Under the pieces are notes generated by a model. It was not told the origin of the DNA, made no database searches, and saw only the letters and a list, made by a program, of their open reading frames with translations. A DNA stretch of 64,000 bases from an uncultured Chloroflexia bacterium (GTDB taxonomy: Bacteria; Chloroflexota; Dehalococcoidia; SZUA-161): positions 1,597,914 to 1,661,913 of the forward strand of contig CAWKAJ010000002.1 in assembly GCA_963847595.1 (NCBI GenBank). Reading direction: 5' to 3'. Positions 29,272-40,230 of the stretch are shown piece after piece. The position numbers were made by a program, and so were the translations under genes. How positions within the stretch are numbered: position 1 is the first letter of the stretch; each line of letters opens with the position of its first letter.

Positions 29272-29320
29272 CTTCAACCCCCTGAGTTCTTCTCCTTCCT
29301 GGGATTGGGGGATCCATTAT
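29272..29320. repeat. Dispersed repeat, partial copy E
   Basis: ttcaaccccctgag..gggattgggggatcc. First module only. Confidence 0.45.
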
Positions 29321-29407
29321 ATCCAGGCGCATCCCTGTATGTCTGAGACCCTTCGCTAAAGCTCAGGGTGACATTTATATTCTCCACCCTTGGGAGGTCG
29401 CCATGAA

Positions 29408-30745
29408 CTACTTGCCGATACAGAAGCGGCTGAAGATGGTATCGAGAAGCTCATCGGTGACCGTCTCCCCGGTTATCTCACCCAGCGCATTCAAGGCAGC
29501 GGTGAGGTCGATGGTGACGAAGTCGTCGGGAAGGTTCTCTTCCATAGCAGCCCTGGCTAGCCTCAGGTGCCTCTCTGCCCTTTGCAGGGCCTCCTTGTGG
29601 CGCGGGTTGGTCACCAGCAGAGCATCCGAGGTCACTATTTTGCCACCCAGTACGGAGTTCACCATGGCGTTCTCCAACTCCTCAAGCCCCTCGCCGGTCA
29701 GCGCCGAGGTCGAGACCTCCAGCCAGGTCAGTCCATCCAGCTCGGCCTGGCGCGGCAGGTCGCATTTGTTGGCCACTATCAGCACTGTCTTCTCGGTGAG
29801 AGAATCTATCAGCTCTTTATCCGAGTTGGTCAGAGGCTCGCTGGTATCTATTACCAGCAGCACGAAGTCGGCTTGCTCGATGGCCTTCCTGCTCCGCTCC
29901 ACCGCCAGTGCCTCCACCACGTTATTGCTTTTCATGATACCAGCCGTGTCAATAAGGATGAAGGGCACGCCCTTCAGATTCACCGTCTCCTCCAGTGTAT
30001 CGCGGGTAGTGCCGGGGATGGGGGTCACGATGGCGCGGCTCTGGCGCAGCAGGCGGTTGAGCAGGCTCGATTTGCCCACATTGGGACGTCCCACGATGGC
30101 AGTCCTCACTCCGTGTCTATAGACCATGCCGGCATCGGCGTTGGCGATGAGATTCTGCAGGGTCGCCTGCGCCTTCTCCAACGGCTCTTTAATATCCTGC
30201 TCCTCGACCTCATCGTCGGGGAAGTCGATCCTGGCGGTGAGGTAGGCCAGGATGTCCATCAGCCTGCGGCGCACCTCTCTTATCGGCTCGGAGAGCTTGC
30301 CAGCCAGCCCCTGCACCGCCAGACGTAGGCTGGCCTGCGTTTTGGACTGAATGACATCGAGAACGGACTCAGCTTGAGCCAGGTCTATCCTGCCGTTGAG
30401 GAAAGCCCTCAGGGTGAACTCGCCGGGATTGGCCAGCCTGGCGCCGCAGCGCAGGGCCAGCTCCAAAATGCGCTGCAAGGGTATAGGTCCGCCGTGGCAG
30501 TCTATCTCGACGATATCTTCTCTGGTGTAGGTGTGAGGCGCCTTCATATAGGCCACCAGCACCTCATCGACGACCTCTCCGTTATCCGGGTCAACGATGT
30601 GCCCATAGACGAGGCGGCGGTTCTGAAGTTTCCTGTCGAACAACCCCTGGACAATGGGCAGGGCTTTCTTCCCGCTCAGCCTCACGATGCCGATGCCGCC
30701 CTCGCCGAGGGGTGTGGATATAGCGGCTATAGTATCTTGATACAT
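29408..30745 (-). CDS. mnmE: tRNA modification GTPase MnmE
   Basis: G1 GRPNVGKSSLLN. C-terminal CIGK. N-terminal THF-binding domain. Confidence 0.85.
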   Translation of the reverse strand: MYQDTIAAISTPLGEGGIGIVRLSGKKALPIVQGLFDRKLQNRRLVYGHIVDPDNGEVVDEVLVAYMKAPHTYTREDIVEIDCHGGPIPLQRILELALRCGARLANPGEFTLRAFLNGRIDLAQAESVLDVIQSKTQASLRLAVQGLAGKLSEPIREVRRRLMDILAYLTARIDFPDDEVEEQDIKEPLEKAQATLQNLIANADAGMVYRHGVRTAIVGRPNVGKSSLLNRLLRQSRAIVTPIPGTTRDTLEETVNLKGVPFILIDTAGIMKSNNVVEALAVERSRKAIEQADFVLLVIDTSEPLTNSDKELIDSLTEKTVLIVANKCDLPRQAELDGLTWLEVSTSALTGEGLEELENAMVNSVLGGKIVTSDALLVTNPRHKEALQRAERHLRLARAAMEENLPDDFVTIDLTAALNALGEITGETVTDELLDTIFSRFCIGK

Positions 30746-30847
30746 GGCTAAGTTTATATGATATATCTTTCGCTTGGGGTGGGCAAGAAAATGAGGCAAT
30801 CAGTTCCTAATGCGATTGGGTTGGAGCAGGTGCTCCAATCGTGCCAA

Positions 30848-30868
30848 GGGCGACCCATCGGGTCGCCC
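30848..30868 (-). terminator. GC hairpin downstream of the flotillin gene
   Basis: gggcgaccc-atc-gggtcgccc. Weak T tract. Confidence 0.3.
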
Positions 30869-30943
30869 TTACAGTAGGCGGGCTCAAGGAGCGAAAACAT
30901 TAACCCAAAGGGGTATGTTTGCGTTTATCCTGGTATTTCGAGC

Positions 30944-33058
30944 CTAAGACTCTTTCTTCTCTCCCTCTGTTTTCGGGTTTGAAGGTGGTTGAGACGGTTT
31001 CTTCCCTCCAAGCAGGTAATTCATTACCGTTCCCGCAAGTCCCTCCATGGCGTTACCCCCGGTTACCATTACCTGGGGAACAAACGATAGTTTATTCTCG
31101 GAGAGCGGTATGATGGCGTTGACCAGAGCTGTGTTCTCGGGACCCAGGGCTTCCATCTGGGCCCGGTAAGCCTTGGCTCTGGCTAGGCCCACAGCCTCAA
31201 CCTCGGCGCCCTTTGCCCTACCGGTCTCAGACACATAATAGGCCTCGCCGTCTGCCTCCTTCTTCCTGGCCTCGGCCATATTTTTCTTGATGTCTACCTC
31301 AATTTCCGCACTGGCCAGCTCCCTCTGTTTATCAGCCCTGCCTATGGCCTTCTCGGTGAGTTGCTTTTGCTCCTGGGCCAGGGTCTTTTTCTTCCAGGTC
31401 TCTATCTCTTGATTTGCAATCTCCCTCTGGGTCAGCACTTCTACAAGCTGCGGCGGTAATATAACATCCTGTATATACACGCCTTTCGTTTCCACCTGGT
31501 ACTGCTTGAGCTGGCCTTCTATATGTTTGAAGGCCTCCTCCTGCACTTTCTGTCTGGTCTCTATGAATGTAACTGCTGGCATGGACTGCAACTTATCCCT
31601 GAAATGGTTCCCGACTGCGGCCTGCAATACCTCAGTGACTAGGTTTTGCATGGTGCCTACCATGCTGATAACTTTGGACGCCTGCTCTACAGCCACGTGG
31701 ATTTGCACCTGCAGGTCCAGCCTGAATATGAAACCCTCGCGGCTCTTGGCGTCGATGGGTGACAACTGAGCATCCAAATAGTGCGCGTGGGATACTTTCT
31801 CCGCCCAGTTCAGGGTCAATATGCTCGTGGGTACTATCTCAGCCTGGTAACAGTGGGGGTTCAAGGCGTACTTCCCGGTTCTCAGAGTCTCGGTCCAAAT
31901 ACCTCTGTGCCCCGGCTTGACCAGGGAGCCGAATTTGAACTGCTCGCCAGATGCCTCTTTGGTGGACAAGCCCACATACGCTTTGACTACTGCTACCTCA
32001 CCCTGCTCCACAACCAGCATGGGCACGATTTCCACTCTTACCAAAAAGGGGTTAAGCACGTAGGCTCCATAGAGAAGCGGGTCGTGTTGCAGTCCCATCT
32101 TCCCACCGTTGTCCAAAAAAGCCTGAAAATCCTGGTAATTATTATGAAGCTGGTTCTTGCTGCTGAGTATAAGGTCTATTATCTCTCCATCTGAAGCGCC
32201 AGCAGCTTCCTTATCTTCAATATCCTTAAATCCACCCAGTCTACTTGCTATATCACCAGGTGGAAGCGGGTCTCCTTCTAAAGCCGTTACTATTCCCACC
32301 ACATCCATTATTCCCTTCCTCGCCCTGAGAACCCTATCGGCTATCCTCTCCCCTTCGCGAGCAAGGGTTTTATCAGCCTGCACTTCTTTCTTCTTCGCTT
32401 TCTCTTGTTCCTCTGATATTTTGGGATAATCTATCTTTTCACCTTCTGTGTACTCTATTCTAGTCAATGCGAACTGGTTGGGGCTCAGGCCCCAGGCATC
32501 AACCGTGAGGACGCCTTTCTCCCTCTGGAAGTTAAGGATCCCTTTCTTCTTCTGCAACTCAATGTGTTCTGGACTTACGGGAACCCCATAAACCTTGCTT
32601 TTCGTTAACACCAGGAAGCCGACTGGATGGATGGGAACAAGTGTACCTGGCGACAGAGCTGGTCTCTGAACACCCTTCTGCCCACCATTCTTAATAAATC
32701 CCTTAAGGTCTCTGAAGTCACCGAACTCCTTCTTATACACAGCCGACTTTGCGCCTATGGGCAACAGTTGCCCTGCCTGGGCTATCACGACCCCAATCTC
32801 ACCCGCCGGTATTTGCACCCACGGCATCTTCATGACGCTGTAAACCAGTTTAAATTTGAATCTGAACCCAGGCATCAGCAAATCTGCCTGATACCCTGCT
32901 TCCCCATTGAAGGCAATAGGATCGCTCTCCTTCAACTTTCCGCCTACCAATTTTGTTACCAGTCCTACCTCAGTAGGTCCGATATAGTATGTAGACAGGA
33001 ACATTACTATTACGGCAGCAAACCCCAAGAGACCTATAATCACCCATAACGCTATCAT
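30944..33058 (-). CDS. Flotillin / SPFH (band 7) family protein
   Basis: N-terminal TM, SPFH domain, long EA-rich coiled coil, Lys/Glu-rich tail. Confidence 0.75.
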   Translation of the reverse strand: MIALWVIIGLLGFAAVIVMFLSTYYIGPTEVGLVTKLVGGKLKESDPIAFNGEAGYQADLLMPGFRFKFKLVYSVMKMPWVQIPAGEIGVVIAQAGQLLPIGAKSAVYKKEFGDFRDLKGFIKNGGQKGVQRPALSPGTLVPIHPVGFLVLTKSKVYGVPVSPEHIELQKKKGILNFQREKGVLTVDAWGLSPNQFALTRIEYTEGEKIDYPKISEEQEKAKKKEVQADKTLAREGERIADRVLRARKGIMDVVGIVTALEGDPLPPGDIASRLGGFKDIEDKEAAGASDGEIIDLILSSKNQLHNNYQDFQAFLDNGGKMGLQHDPLLYGAYVLNPFLVRVEIVPMLVVEQGEVAVVKAYVGLSTKEASGEQFKFGSLVKPGHRGIWTETLRTGKYALNPHCYQAEIVPTSILTLNWAEKVSHAHYLDAQLSPIDAKSREGFIFRLDLQVQIHVAVEQASKVISMVGTMQNLVTEVLQAAVGNHFRDKLQSMPAVTFIETRQKVQEEAFKHIEGQLKQYQVETKGVYIQDVILPPQLVEVLTQREIANQEIETWKKKTLAQEQKQLTEKAIGRADKQRELASAEIEVDIKKNMAEARKKEADGEAYYVSETGRAKGAEVEAVGLARAKAYRAQMEALGPENTALVNAIIPLSENKLSFVPQVMVTGGNAMEGLAGTVMNYLLGGKKPSQPPSNPKTEGEKKES

Positions 33059-33205
33059 GATTTACCCCCTGCAAATTATATTCTTCCACGAAGTCTATCG
33101 TCAAGCAAATTGCGGCCGCCTGTTAGGGGTTCGGGGTTAGAAATGCCTACCTTGACGGGAAAAGTCTGAAGATGATATCATAAGGCGATATCAGTAGATG
33201 ATAAC

Positions 33206-33520
33206 ATGAATGGCGAAATGTTTCAGGGCTTCTTTCTGGGCTTCGTGAAGATTCATATCCTCTATCATGCCTCTAAGGAGCCCATTTATGGCGCTGAGAT
33301 ATTAGAGGAACTGGGCAGGCATGGCTATCGGCTCAGCCCCGGCACTCTCTACCCCACGCTGCACCGTCTGGAGAGGGAGGGCTACCTCGCTATGGAGAAA
33401 AGGGTGGTCGAGGGCAAGGTGCGCAAATACTACACTGCCACGGAGCAGGGGCTGACTGTGCTGGGCGAGTCCAGAAAGAAAATAGCCGAGCTGGTGGATG
33501 AGGTGCTTCTGGATAAATAG
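33206..33520 (+). CDS. PadR-family transcriptional regulator
   Basis: ILYHASKEPIYGAEI..SPGTLYPTLHRLEREGYL. Confidence 0.8.
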   Translation: MNGEMFQGFFLGFVKIHILYHASKEPIYGAEILEELGRHGYRLSPGTLYPTLHRLEREGYLAMEKRVVEGKVRKYYTATEQGLTVLGESRKKIAELVDEVLLDK

Positions 33521-33523
33521 GCC

Positions 33524-34753
33524 ATGGAACAAAAAGGCGAAAAGAAGATCATAGGGGTCAGCCGCAATGTCTTCTTCCTGGGCTGGGTGAGCTTGTTCAC
33601 GGATATGTCCAGCGAGATGATTTTTAATGTGTTGCCCCTGTTCCTGCTGAACGTGCTCAAGGTGGGCACTCCTATTATTGGGCTCATCGAGGGCATCGCG
33701 GAGGGCACGGCGAGCCTGTTCAGGCTGGTCAGCGGCTGGCTCAGTGACCGCCTCGGGCGGAGGAAAAGCCTGACCGTCTTCGGCTACAGCCTTTCCACCC
33801 TGTCGAAGCCATTTCTCTATATCGCCAGCAGTTGGGCTGTGGTGCTGGTGGTGCGCTTCGCCGACCGCGTGGGGAAGGGGATTCGCGACGCTCCCCGCGA
33901 CGCTCTGGTGGCCGACTCCACCGCCGATAACGAGAGGGGTAGGAGCTTTGGCTTCCACCGCGCCATGGACACCGTGGGCGCCGTCCTCGGCATCGCTCTG
34001 GCTGCTCTGGTTGTTTACCTTGTGGAGCGAGAGGGGCTTCAGCTAACCTGGCATGCCTTCCGAGCACTGGTGCTATCAGGCATAGGCCCGGCTGTGCTCG
34101 CCGTTATCATACTTCTGGTCTTCGTCAGAGAGAAGAAAAAGGGCGCGCAGAGGAAGCCCGGCGAACCCGCAACAGCACAACCGGTACGCGAGGCCCCGGC
34201 GAAGACGACGCTCGATAGACGCTTCAAGCTGTTTCTGTTGATAATGGTGCTGTTCACGCTGGGGAACTCCAGCGATGCCTTTCTTATCCTGCGCGCCCAG
34301 AACCTGGGCTTCTCGGTCTTCTGGGTGCTCATCCTGTTCGTGGCCTTCAACCTGGTTTATGCCCTGGCTGCCACGCCTGCGGGGGTGATTTCGGACAAGC
34401 TGGGACGCAGGGGCGTGATCGTAGCAGGCTGGACGTTGTATGCATTGTCCTATCTGGGGCTGGGCCTGGCGTCGGCAAAGTGGGAGGTATGGCTGCTGTT
34501 CGCTATCTACGGGCTTTACTACGGAATATCCGAGGGGGTAACCCGGGCTTTTGTCAGCGACCTGGTGCCCGTGGAGAAGCGAGGCACCGCCTACGGGTGG
34601 TATCATGCCGCTGTGGGCGTCTCCCTGCTTCCCGCAAGCGTGATAGCAGGCCTGTTATGGCAGTACATCAGTCCCGCGGTGACGTTCTATTTCGGGGCGG
34701 GGATGGCAGGTGTGGCGATGCTGGGACTTTTGTTGTTCATCAGAGAAAAATAG
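33524..34753 (+). CDS. MFS transporter
   Basis: 12 TM pattern. GRRK loop motif (DRLGRRK). Confidence 0.75.
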   Translation: MEQKGEKKIIGVSRNVFFLGWVSLFTDMSSEMIFNVLPLFLLNVLKVGTPIIGLIEGIAEGTASLFRLVSGWLSDRLGRRKSLTVFGYSLSTLSKPFLYIASSWAVVLVVRFADRVGKGIRDAPRDALVADSTADNERGRSFGFHRAMDTVGAVLGIALAALVVYLVEREGLQLTWHAFRALVLSGIGPAVLAVIILLVFVREKKKGAQRKPGEPATAQPVREAPAKTTLDRRFKLFLLIMVLFTLGNSSDAFLILRAQNLGFSVFWVLILFVAFNLVYALAATPAGVISDKLGRRGVIVAGWTLYALSYLGLGLASAKWEVWLLFAIYGLYYGISEGVTRAFVSDLVPVEKRGTAYGWYHAAVGVSLLPASVIAGLLWQYISPAVTFYFGAGMAGVAMLGLLLFIREK

Positions 34754-34898
34754 GCGGTTCAAGAGGGTTGCGGTTAGCCTGGAAATAGGTTAGTATCTCC
34801 ACAAGTCTGCTGGAGGAAACAGCGAATTTCTCTTGTGTCATTGCGAGTCGGCCAGAGGCGGACGAAGCAATGACATACAATAATGGGAGGTAAGGAAT

Positions 34899-35519
34899 AT
34901 GGAAGATAGGGTAGGGATATTCATAGACGGGAGCAATCTTTATCACGCCTTGCGTTCCAATTTCGGACGCTATGATTTGAATTTTGCTGAGTTCACCAAG
35001 AAGCTCTGCGGGCCGAGGCGCATGTTCCGGACCTATTATTACAATGTGCTGCAAGACCCCACCCAACGGGCTGAGGGACATCGCGAGCAGCAGGAATTCC
35101 TAAACACGCTTCGCGAGACGCCTTATCTGGAGGTGAGGCTGGGAAGCACCAAGATGGCTCCGGGCGGTGTCCCTGTGGAGAAGGGGATAGACGTCATGCT
35201 GGTTACAGACCTGTTGCACTTTGCCTGGAATAACTTGTATGACATAGCGGTGCTGGTGAGCGGTGATGCGGACTTCGCGTACGCCCTGCAGGCAATTAAA
35301 AACATGGGCAAACACGTCGAGGTTGCCTACTTTGAGAGCAATGTTTCCAAAGACCTTCTGGCTGTGTCCGATGACAAGCACCTTTTGGACCGGAATTTCT
35401 TCAGTGATTTATGGGTGCGCAAGCCTCGACCCTACAAACGGAGGGGCAGGAGACTGGGCGGGATTTTGCCCAGAGTCGGCATCCCCAAAACGGAAAATAC
35501 CCCTCCACCGCAAGAGTGA
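34899..35519 (+). CDS. NYN-domain (LabA-like) protein
   Basis: IFIDGSNLYHA..VLVSGDADF. Confidence 0.65.
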   Translation: MEDRVGIFIDGSNLYHALRSNFGRYDLNFAEFTKKLCGPRRMFRTYYYNVLQDPTQRAEGHREQQEFLNTLRETPYLEVRLGSTKMAPGGVPVEKGIDVMLVTDLLHFAWNNLYDIAVLVSGDADFAYALQAIKNMGKHVEVAYFESNVSKDLLAVSDDKHLLDRNFFSDLWVRKPRPYKRRGRRLGGILPRVGIPKTENTPPPQE

Positions 35520-35609
35520 ATAAAAAGACTCTGGTTCGCTTATGTACAGTAGGGGCATCCTTCAGTGGAAGGATGCCCCTACGTGCAAAGGAATATAGTC
35601 AGGCCCTAA

Positions 35610-35882
35610 ATGTCGATCTTTCTGCAAATATTTTTGGGATTGCTGGCAGGGATTGCTTTGGGATTTGTTTATGAGCTGGGCTATAGAATAGTCGCCAGAA
35701 GTTTAAAAAGAAAACCAGTGTTCAGAATTAAGGGATTCCGTATACATCACAGTATTTACGGCATAATAATTGCGGCAGTCAGTCTCTGGATGAGAGAATA
35801 CTTTCTGTTATCTCTGGGTATCGGGATAATCATTCAGCATATTCTTGTCGAGAAAAGGTTTACCGTAATCGACAGGTCATGA
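35610..35882 (+). CDS. Small hydrophobic membrane protein
   Basis: Three predicted TM segments. ORF only. Confidence 0.3.
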   Translation: MSIFLQIFLGLLAGIALGFVYELGYRIVARSLKRKPVFRIKGFRIHHSIYGIIIAAVSLWMREYFLLSLGIGIIIQHILVEKRFTVIDRS

Positions 35883-36067
35883 GCAGAGCATCGTTTTTTC
35901 CTCAGACAGAATAGCAGTCTGGTTCGCCAGTTCCCCTTTCGGGCTCAGATAGAAGTTTTCTACGGCTTGCTCGAACCACCGCAACTAACTCTTCCAAATT
36001 GACAAAGAAGCTGCTTTCGGGGTATTATGCCATCAGATTTTTGAACTAGCGCAAGGAGGAGAAACAG

Positions 36068-36880
36068 GTGTCCGAGAAGACTGTGCTTATTGACAAGAAG
36101 GATATGATAGCCACCATTACCCTGAACCGCCCTGACTCTAACAATGCCTTCGATTTCCCTATGATGGAGGCGATTGACAATGCCATAAACGACGTGGCTG
36201 CGGATAAGGGCATCAGGGTTGTTATCATAACCGGTGCAGGTAAGGCTTTCTGCGCCGGAGGCGATATCAGCTACCTGGGCAGCCTGGTCGAGGGCAGGTC
36301 GGAGTTCGCCAGGACGGTCATCGGCGATGTGGTCAAAAGGGTGGGTCATATGCCCACGGTGGTGCTCAAGATTCGCAACATGACGAAGCCTGTTATCGCT
36401 GCGGTCAACGGCATCGCGGCGGGCGGCGGCATGGGCCTGGCTCTGGCCTGCGATATGAGAATTATCTCGGAGAAGGCACGCTTCAGCACCATATTTATCA
36501 AGAGGGGTGTGATACCCGATTGTGCTGCCAGCTACAACCTGCCCCGCCTCATCGGCATGGCCAAAGCCTGCGAGCTGGTGCTCACTGGCAAGATAATCAA
36601 CGCCCAGGAAGCGGAGCGCATAGGCCTGGTGAACAAGGTCGTTCCCCACGACGAGCTGATGAAAGCGACCAGGGAACTGGCGGCGGAGATAGCCAAGAAC
36701 CCCCCTCTGGCAGTGGGATTAGCCAAGGCAGCGCTCTACAGGGGCATGCTCGAACCCGACATGAGCGGCCACATGGACTTCGAGAACCTCACACAGAATG
36801 CGCTTATGGGGACCAAGGACTTCAAGGAAGGCATCGACTCCTTTATGGAGAAGCGCGAGCCCGTGTTCAAAGGAGAATAG
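36068..36880 (+). CDS. Enoyl-CoA hydratase/isomerase (crotonase) 1, GTG start
   Basis: Crotonase fold motifs ITGAGKAFCAGGD and AAVNG.AAGGG. Confidence 0.8.
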   Translation: MSEKTVLIDKKDMIATITLNRPDSNNAFDFPMMEAIDNAINDVAADKGIRVVIITGAGKAFCAGGDISYLGSLVEGRSEFARTVIGDVVKRVGHMPTVVLKIRNMTKPVIAAVNGIAAGGGMGLALACDMRIISEKARFSTIFIKRGVIPDCAASYNLPRLIGMAKACELVLTGKIINAQEAERIGLVNKVVPHDELMKATRELAAEIAKNPPLAVGLAKAALYRGMLEPDMSGHMDFENLTQNALMGTKDFKEGIDSFMEKREPVFKGE

Positions 36881-36889
36881 ATTGTAGTT

Positions 36890-36930
36890 TCACCCTCATC
36901 CTTCGACAAGCTCAGGACAGGCTCTAGCCT
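36890..36930. repeat. Dispersed repeat, partial copy F
   Basis: atccttcgacaagctcaggacagg matches copy A. Followed by hairpin cctctcccgtcgagggagagg. Confidence 0.45.
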
Positions 36931-36976
36931 CTCCCGTCGAGGGAGAGGGACTACAAATTGATGAAAGGGGCTTCAA

Positions 36977-37786
36977 TTGGCATACAAAACTGTGATTTAT
37001 GAAAAAGAGGGCGGGGTGGTGGTGATGACCCTTAACCGTCCCGAGGTCAAGAACGCCTTCGATGCCAGAATGCAGGCGGAGATGGACGCTGTGATCACCA
37101 GGGTGGCTAAGGACCGTAGCGCCAGGGTGCTCATCATCACCGGCGCGGGCAAGGCGTTCTGCACCGGCGCTGATGTGGCCTACTTAATGTCGCTGGGAGA
37201 GACGCATAAGCTCCATCAGACGACTATGGAAGAGATGATGCGCAACGATGGCAACATACTGACCACCGTGCTCAAGATAAGAAATCTGCCCAAGCCGGTT
37301 ATCGCTGCGGTGAACGGCACAGCGGCAGGCGGGGGCCTGGCTCTGGCTATGGCCTGTGATATCAGGATTGCTTCTGAGGGAGCCCGTTTCAACATGATTT
37401 TCACGAAGAGGGGCGTGATACCTGAGTCAGGTTCGACCATGACCCTGCCCCGTCTCATCGGAACCGCCCGCGCCCTGGAGTTGGTGTTCACCGCTGAGGC
37501 CATCGATGGCAGGGAAGCGGAGCGAATAGGCATGGTGAACAAGGCAGTCCCCGCTGACCAGTTGATGACTGCGGCGAAGGAGATGGCGGCGAAGATGTCG
37601 CAGAACTCCCCCATCGCGCTGGGATTCGCCAAGGCGGCTATTTACAAGGGCGTTAACGAGACCGACATCGCGGCGCAAATGGACTACGAGGCTTACGTTG
37701 AAAGCGTCCTGTTCAACACCGAGGACTTCCAGGAGGGCATCAAGTCGTTCATGGAGGGAAGACCGGCCAAGTTTAAAGGGAAGTAG
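36977..37786 (+). CDS. Enoyl-CoA hydratase/isomerase 2
   Basis: Crotonase motifs. Collinear with paralog 1. Confidence 0.8.
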   Translation: MAYKTVIYEKEGGVVVMTLNRPEVKNAFDARMQAEMDAVITRVAKDRSARVLIITGAGKAFCTGADVAYLMSLGETHKLHQTTMEEMMRNDGNILTTVLKIRNLPKPVIAAVNGTAAGGGLALAMACDIRIASEGARFNMIFTKRGVIPESGSTMTLPRLIGTARALELVFTAEAIDGREAERIGMVNKAVPADQLMTAAKEMAAKMSQNSPIALGFAKAAIYKGVNETDIAAQMDYEAYVESVLFNTEDFQEGIKSFMEGRPAKFKGK

Positions 37787-37798
37787 GAGGCAACCGAT

Positions 37799-38582
37799 GT
37801 CTGTCGATGGTCTGCTCTTCAAAGTAGAGGATGGAATCGCCATCATAACCTTTAACCGCCCGGAGAAGCTGAATGCGGTCACCGAGGCGATGAGGACGGA
37901 GGTGTACCGACTGGCTACCCAGCTTCGTACCGACGATTCGGTGAAGGTGCTGGTCTTCACAGGAGCGGGCGAGGCGTTCAGCACCGGAGCGGATGCCAGC
38001 GAGCTGACCGCTGACTACAGCGGGCCCATCGAGCCGTATATCCTCAAGAGGCCCCTGGGCTGGTGGACATTGCCGGTGCGCTATTTCCCCAAGCCGACCA
38101 TTGCTGCTATACCGGGCGTTATCGCCGGGGTGACCTTCTCGTTGGCTCTGGCCTGCGATATCAGGATAGCCTCGGAGAAAGCCCGCTTCAGCATGGTTTT
38201 CGTGAAGAGAGGGCTTTGTCCGGACGGCGGCGCAACCTATTACCTGCCTCGCATGGTGGGCGCCTCCAAGGCGCTGGAGCTTATGTGGATGGGCGAGACC
38301 TTCGATGCCAGGGAGGCGGAGCGTCTGGGTCTGGTGAGCAGGGTGGTGCCCCATAATGACCTGATGAAGGTCACCAGAGAGCTGGCGCTGAAGATAGCCA
38401 GGGGACCGTCGGTCGCCATCGAGCTTATCAAGAAGGGTGTGTACAAGGGCGTGGTGGGCGACCTGGAATCTCAGTTGGACTTCGAGACGCTGGCACAGCG
38501 CATCTGCTTCCAGACCGAGGACTTCAAGGAAGGGATGACGTCGTTTCTTGAGAAGAGGAAGCCTGAGTTCAGGGGAAGATAG
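37799..38582 (+). CDS. Enoyl-CoA hydratase/isomerase 3. Start set at ATG 37799 after ggagg.
   Basis: Crotonase motifs. Confidence 0.75.
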
Positions 38583-38691
38583 AAAATAGGGTATGTATTG
38601 GATTGTAGGGGCACAAAATTTTGTGCCCCTACGTTGTTCCGACAACCTGCGATTGCCTTATTCGGATGTAGGGGCAATTCATGAATTGCCC

Positions 38692-40071
38692 CTACTCATT
38701 ATCTTCGGGTAGTTTATCTTGCGATAGCCCCGCCCTTATCGCCTGGGACAGCGAACTCACGGCGATGGGTTTCATCTCGCGGGGCAGCTTCTGTCCGCCT
38801 GGGAGCGGGGGAATGAGGCAGGAGGTGAAGCCGAGCTTGGCAGCCTCGGCCAGCCGCTTCTCCAGTTGAGATACAGACCTGAGCTCTCCGCTGAGCCCTA
38901 TTTCGCCGATAGCCACCAGACTGGGATTAACCCCGGCGTTCTTGAAGCTCGAAGCAATAGCCAGGGCTATGCCTAGGTCGGCCGCCGGCTCATTCACCTT
39001 GAGCCCGCCTACCACGTTCGTGATAATGTCCTGAGTCCCTAAAGATAGCCTCGCTCTCTTGGTGAGGACGGCGGTTATCATGAGCAGGCGGTTGTAGTCC
39101 ACGCCGTTGGCGTTGCGGCGGGGCAAGCCGAATGCGGTGGGGCTGGTCAGCGCCTGAATCTCCACTAGCAGAGGCCGCGTACCTTCGATGGTGGGCACGA
39201 TAACAGAGCCCACCGCTCCCTCGGAGCGCTGCGAGAGGAAGACCAGGGAGGGATTGGCCACCTCGACCATTCCCCGGTCTCTCATCTCGAACACGCCTAA
39301 CTCGTCAGTGGAGCCGAAGCGGTTCTTGGCGCCGCGCAGCAGCCGGTACGAGCTGTAGCGTTCCCCTTCGAGGTAAAGGACGACATCCACGATATGTTCC
39401 AGGGTATTGGGGCCGGCGATGGAGCCGTCCTTGGTGACATGCCCCACTATGAAGATGGGGGTGTTGCTCGATTTAGCCCAGCGCATCAGCCTCTGCGTGC
39501 ACTCGCGTACCTGTCCGACGCTGCCTGCTGCTGAGGAAAGGTCGCTGGAGTGAACCGTTTGGATGGAATCTATAATCACCAGCCGCGGCGAGATTTCCTG
39601 GCCCCGCTCGATGATGCTCTGCAAATCGGTCTCGGGCAGGAGGAACAGCCCCTCGCCACGCAGCCCCAGTCTGTCCGCCCTCAGCTTTATCTGATGCGCC
39701 GACTCCTCGCCGGAGACATACAGCACCTTGCCCACGCTTTCGGCAATCATGCCGGCCACCTCGAGCAGCAGCGTTGACTTGCCTATGCCGGGGTCGCCGC
39801 CGATGAGCACCATGGAGCCGGGGACAATGCCGCCGCCCAGCACACGGTTAAACTCGGCCAGGGGCAGGGCCAGGCGGGGCACGGAGTTGGTGGGCAGCCG
39901 GGATAGCTCCTGGGCTTGAGTTCTTGAGCTCAGTTGGGTCGCTTTTGGTGCGGGGCTGACCAGGCTCTCGACATAGGTGTTCCATTCGTTGCACTCTGGA
40001 CAGCGCCCCAGCCACTTGGGGCTCTCATTGCCGCAGTTCTGACAGACGAAGACGCTCTTGGGTTTAGGCAT
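38692..40071 (-). CDS. radA: DNA repair protein RadA (Sms)
   Basis: N-terminal C4 zinc finger CQNCG..CPEC. RecA-like Walker A GDPGIGKST. KNRFG. Lon-like C-terminus. Confidence 0.9.
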   Translation of the reverse strand: MPKPKSVFVCQNCGNESPKWLGRCPECNEWNTYVESLVSPAPKATQLSSRTQAQELSRLPTNSVPRLALPLAEFNRVLGGGIVPGSMVLIGGDPGIGKSTLLLEVAGMIAESVGKVLYVSGEESAHQIKLRADRLGLRGEGLFLLPETDLQSIIERGQEISPRLVIIDSIQTVHSSDLSSAAGSVGQVRECTQRLMRWAKSSNTPIFIVGHVTKDGSIAGPNTLEHIVDVVLYLEGERYSSYRLLRGAKNRFGSTDELGVFEMRDRGMVEVANPSLVFLSQRSEGAVGSVIVPTIEGTRPLLVEIQALTSPTAFGLPRRNANGVDYNRLLMITAVLTKRARLSLGTQDIITNVVGGLKVNEPAADLGIALAIASSFKNAGVNPSLVAIGEIGLSGELRSVSQLEKRLAEAAKLGFTSCLIPPLPGGQKLPREMKPIAVSSLSQAIRAGLSQDKLPEDNE

Positions 40072-40230
40072 ATAACAACCTTTGTGCGATGGGTAGGTTG
40101 GAGCATCGGCTCCATGCTACCCGTATTATAATCTCATCTTCTGGGTGCAGAAAGGGGAGCCCGGCCAAGCGGTTACGAACTCGATGCCGGGCTCCCCTTC
40201 TTTGGATTCTTCTGAAGCAGTGACTGGCGT